Virus record (IMG/VR): IMGVR_UViG_3300035499_000522
Location: 64,001-128,000 of that record
DNA: 64,000 nucleotides
Origin: a virus
Lineage: Duplodnaviria > Caudoviricetes
Reading direction: 5' to 3' (one strand)
Shown: in pieces, positions 59,726-64,000 of the stretch
Layout of the letters: each line of letters begins with the position of its first letter
Position numbering within the stretch: the first letter of the stretch is position 1
Notes under the pieces: generated by a model
Told to the model about the DNA's origin: nothing
What the model saw: the letters and a program-made list of their open reading frames with translations, nothing else
Database searches by the model: none
Made by a program: the position numbers and the translations under genes

Positions 59726-61081
59726 TTAGTTATTATTATTTTTTTCTACTTCTCTTACTGCTTTAACCCAATCGGGGAGCGAAGAAGTTTCTGTTTCCGG
59801 TGCCATCTAATAAGTGATAATACCTTTATCTACTATTTCATTATTTTTTGTATTATCTTCTAAATTAAAATTGACCTTTTTGTGGAAACAAATTACAGAT
59901 AATTTAGATTCAATTTCACTTAAAGAATACTTGGTCTTATTTTCAATAACATCTTTCTTATCTTCATCAGAAAGCATATAGAACTTACCAATTAACTCAT
60001 CTTTCTCAGCATCTTCTTGCTTTTGCTTGTAAGAAACTAATTCAGCGTATTGTGCTTCAAGTGTTGCAAATTTTCCTTGTAATTCTGTATATTGAGATTG
60101 AAGAAGAGCATACTCATTATTCTTTTTCTTCTTATCTTCTTCGTCATCTTTCTTTTCAGAATTATCTGTTTCTTTATCATCAGCTTTTTCAGAATCAGAA
60201 GAATTAGAATCAGACTTTTCTTTCTCAGCATCTTTCTTCTCAGGCTCTTCATTCTTGGCAAAATCAGTAGCGGGGACGTCGGTATTAGAATCCTATACCT
60301 AAGTTTCCGCATATTCAGTAACAGGAGTTACCTCACTTGTTTCCTGAACTGTTGGATTCTGGTTTTCCATCTATTGACCTCCTTCTAATGCAGTTTGTAA
60401 TTCTTGCATCATACTATATAAAGTTCTTTTAAATACATTTTCATCTTTTGTAAACTATGTACTTACTTTTGGAGCAGCTACTTCCGCACCCTCAAAGCAA
60501 GGCTCTATATCTTCACCCAGAATACATAATTTAGAAAAGGTTGCATCATTTATAATAAAAAATTCTAAATTACTATTATTATTTTTTGTCCATTGTCCTT
60601 GAACAGAAGCTTCATCTATTTCCATTGACTAAGGTCTACCTTCTTCAATAGCAAGTTTGCATTCTTCATACTATTCTGTCCAAAGATAACCGGTAGTCAT
60701 AAGATACTCTCTCGTTATTGTTTTTCCTTGTGCATTTGTATCTTCAAACTCCTAAAACCATACTTTTGCATCAGGAGAAACAAATCCATAAGGTTTTGTT
60801 TCACGCTAAAATTTAATTCCATCTGCATCTATAGTTATAAATTCTCCATGGTCACGAAAATCTTCTTTATCATCTTTATAATAACCAACAATAGGACAAC
60901 CTCTTAAGGTCTTAGCCATATCTAAAGCAACTTCTTTAGAAATCATTGTTCTATTGTGGTTTTCGCCTATATATAAAACTTTAATCTCACAACTTGACAT
61001 TAAAGGAGATATATCAGAAGGCTAAAGATTGATAAATTCTGGAGCATTAATAGTCGCAACAGACATACTATACTATCGCAT
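59726..61081 (-). CDS. prohead protease-scaffold fusion
   Basis: 'GENHNRT..GCPIVG..DHG', 'GYLW', '(Q)SMEID', 'LCILGEDIEPCFEGA', then a long acidic/coiled-coil C-terminus. Confidence 0.75.
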
Positions 61082-61092
61082 TTTATCCCTCC

Positions 61093-62688
61093 TTAACTAT
61101 TCGATTCAATATTTTTCATAGTCTTTTCTGATTTCTCATCATCTGATTTCTCAGGTCTGCCCACATTTTCATTATCACCAGAAGACTTATTTGAATTTCT
61201 ATTTAATATGTCAGCATTCATTGTACTTGACATAAGAGGAGGAATAAATACATTAACCAAATCTAATACATCATTTTCAAAATAAGCATTAGCCAATATA
61301 GAACTCTAAGACAAACCTAAAGCTACTTGTGGCAGCATCTTAGAATAGCCCATACTTGTTTGGTCTTTGTATAATTTAGCTATATCCTAATAATTATATA
61401 TTGTTGTTTCTAAAACCTAAACTTTAAATTGAAGTTTCTTATTCTTATTAAAAGGTGCAATTAATACATTTAGGAAACATTCAAACTAAGATAAAAGATT
61501 TCTCATAGATGCCGCATCATTTAATATAGATTTCTCTAATGCAATATTACCATCAGTATTAAATTGCATTTGCGAAACTCCAGCTTCATTATATACAGCT
61601 CTTTCAACTCTTTCAAGTTCGTCTGTTGCGGAAGTGGTCGTGGTATCCGCCATATCTTCAACATCTACGTCAGCAAATGTTGTTAATACATCAATACCAA
61701 TAGCTTTACCTAACATTTTAACTGCATTATTATGTAGCTATTGTGCTTCATCTATATCAAAAATTAAATCACCATTTTTATCAACAGGCATTTTCTAAAT
61801 AATAATTTTTAGTAATTCCTGCTACATTTTCTTTCTATCTAAATCTTGTGCTTCATTTAGTTCAATAATTGCGGGAATAACTGAAATCATCATAGGATAG
61901 TCTTCGCCATTCATATTAAACTTTATAGCACTATTAGGGTCAAGTAAGTACCAACCAGATGTATCTCCTGCAAAATCACCAGTAAGCTTTCCCTAAAGAT
62001 ATAAATTATAACCTTTTTTAAAATCATCTGGAAACAAATTTAAAATTCTCATTCTGTACGAAACATCAGAAAAATTATCATTAAAATATTTCATATTAAA
62101 TTCAACAGCAGGATGACCAGCTACTGAATAACGTGAGCGGCAATACTTAACCGGAAGTTCCTACACAGCTACTTTATCATTTTCTCTAATAATATAGCCA
62201 TAATAACATCCATCTTTAATAACCTTTAAAGCTACTTCGCCAAAATACTTTTTAACTTCAAAATCGTCTAAAAAAGCCAGTACATTATTAAAAGAAGATT
62301 TTATATTTTCTGTATTAACAGCTTTTCCGCTCTTGCTATTAATAATATATGGTGTAACATACCAATCATATTTATATAGGTAAGCCATATATCTACAAAG
62401 TCTGGAATATATACCACTAGTTTTAAAAAAATAATTTGATATTTCTCTTTGTTTTTCATAATCACTATTATTAATAGCTCTTAGTACTGTTTCTTTATTT
62501 GCTAAACTTGGATTAGCTTTTTTATAATCACCCAAAACATAAACAGCATCATCAAGCTACTTAATTCCAACTTTTATTTTTGAAAAGTCAACAGGAGTAT
62601 AAGGCTAATGTTCTTGCTCTATACTTCGGGTGTCCGCAAAATTCATTGAGAAGCCCTTACTTTTAATGGCTTCCTTTCTATTTATCAA
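61093..62688 (-). CDS. portal protein (TTG start; alternative ATG at 62646)
   Basis: Three fragments in one frame; lies between terminase and protease; C-terminal 'VGRPEK'. Confidence 0.75.
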
Positions 62689-62718
62689 TAATTAGACACC
62701 TCTTTCTTTATCTAAATT

Positions 62719-62747
62719 ATTATATCATAAATTTTCATATTTGTCAA
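62719..62747 (-). promoter_or_regulatory. sigmaA-type promoter upstream of the portal gene
   Basis: TTGACA-17-TATAAT with TG (full consensus). Confidence 0.8.
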
Positions 62748-62763
62748 AAAGGCTTTTCTTGTC

Positions 62764-63120
62764 TTAATATCCCGCAGCTTTAAATATATAATCGTAACTA
62801 ATAAGATTTTCATTCCAATAAGGAATCAAAACTAAAGTATATCCATGTTTTTTACAATATTCCCTTTTCTGCATATCATTGTACTATTGTTTTCTTAAAC
62901 CAGATATTCCGCCAAACTTACTTTTAGCTTCATAATGCTATATACCTTGATATTCAATTAAAAAGTCTATATCACCATTATCATCAAATACACAAAAGTC
63001 AAAACGCAAAGGACGATGACTTGAACTTACTAAATCTGGAAATATATATTCTTCTTGAAAATTTACTCCCGCAGAATTTAAGATATCTTCTATTTTTATT
63101 TCACCTCTAGAGGCACGCAT
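62764..63120 (-). CDS. PD-(D/E)XK / Vsr-like endonuclease
   Basis: 'SRGEIKI', 'LRFDF', 'IEYQGI(Q)HY', 'KREYCKK', 'IPYW'. Confidence 0.75.
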
Positions 63121-63202
63121 TCTTAATACACCCCCATAATATTGTGGCTAATTTTATTCAAAAAATTAGCCACTTTTTTATTTTATTTTGCCCAATTAAA
63201 AC

Positions 63203-64000
63203 TTAGTTAAACAAAAGTAAATCTGCTATATCAAATTTCTTTCTTTTCTTTTTTCTATCCTCTACTGTTTTTATATAATATAATCCATAAATAAAAGCAG
63301 AAAACTTATCTTTTTTAATGCCCCTACTTGATTGTTTTAGAATAATATTAACACCCTCATTAGATTCTACAAGATTCATCATCTATTCTTTAAGAATTGA
63401 AGTCTAAACAAAAGGCATTAAATATTCGTTACGCTAATCTAATGACATATTCTATCCAACTTTAGTTGACATTAATTTTGCTTTTGCGGAGGTTTCATCT
63501 ATAAGCATCTTAACCTTGCCACCTGACATTTGCACTTTTGCATATGTATAAGCTTCTGTATTAACTGGTGCATTTGCTTTTATAAGATACAAAACATCTT
63601 CTATTACATCTGGACCTTTAATTTTTTTATATTGTGCGGCAGCATCCTCATAGGTACCTCCCGCAACTCCAAGAGGTGGCAATATTTCAGATGTTTCTGG
63701 GTCAATCTAAGATACAGTTAAGAAATCAACTAAACCGCCGCCAACGCCATTTGCATCTATTGCTATTACCTATGCTTTATATTTAAAAAATATTTTTTTA
63801 ATATTTACAGATTGCTGTTCAAAATGTTCTGCATCAAATGTATAAACATTTACTAAAGATTTTATTGAACCACCATCTGGCTAAGGAGTAACCTTAAATA
63901 CACATACTTCTGTTGTGCATTCTGTACGTCCTACATCGACGCCAAGTACATAATAGGCACTCTTTGAAGAGCGTCCACTATACTCGTATTCTGGCTGTAA
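63203..64000 (-). CDS. terminase large subunit, C-terminal nuclease domain (5' truncated)
   Basis: 'YVLGVDVGR', 'AIDANGVGGGLVD', 'KKDKFSAFIYG'; upstream of the portal gene. Confidence 0.85.

Noticed and set aside
853-63721. Antisense or alternate-frame track ORFs (e.g. 853..1056, 19056..19349, 24484..24732, 59142..59663, 60092..60388)
   Set aside because: They shadow well-supported genes and lack RBSs or recognisable motifs.
23518-64000. Late arm as a decayed, pseudogenised prophage
   Set aside because: The interruptions I translated are all TAG, fragments stay in frame over kilobases, and RBSs and gene overlaps are intact. This is recoding, not decay.
1-64000. Suppressor tRNA, release factor or aminoacyl-tRNA synthetase
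   Set aside because: No cloverleaf or such ORF was seen; intergenic gaps are short and explained by promoters and terminators. A tRNAscan/ARAGORN run is still needed.
1-64000. CRISPR array or diversity-generating retroelement
   Set aside because: No regularly spaced direct repeats, no reverse transcriptase and no adenine-variable repeat pair were noticed.

Overview
An AT-rich (about 28-30% GC by eye) segment of a large tailed phage, probably infecting an anaerobic Firmicute (Clostridia-like), judged from AGGAGG-type RBSs, sigmaA extended -10 promoters and nrdD/nrdG. The phage uses a reassigned genetic code: TAG is read as Gln (code 15), while TAA and TGA remain stops, so the supplied code-11 ORF track breaks many genes into fragments. 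Two arms converge on a bidirectional terminator at about 23.48-23.52 kb. The + arm (1-23476) holds replication and nucleotide metabolism genes: ligase, ThyX-like, SSB-like, AAA recombinase, DnaB, primase, RecJ, Dda/RecD-like helicase, DnaE, guanylate kinase, NrdDG, dUTPase and a RuvC-like resolvase. The - arm (64000-23518) holds terminase, portal, protease/scaffold, capsid, neck, major tail protein, a ~3,600-aa tape measure, baseplate/fibre genes, a holin-like gene and a terminal five-gene cassette of unknown function. Three group I introns, each carrying a homing endonuclease, interrupt dnaE, the tape measure gene and the major tail gene; the tail intron lacks the canonical U at its 5' splice site. 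In-frame TAG use is very uneven: none over ~10.5 kb of dnaE-nrdD-dut, one in many replication genes, 11-19 in two nucleases, and TAG-TAG as codons 2-3 of the holin-like gene. GCGG/CCGC appears strongly enriched. No suppressor tRNA, release factor or endolysin was seen in the window. All coordinates and counts were derived by hand.
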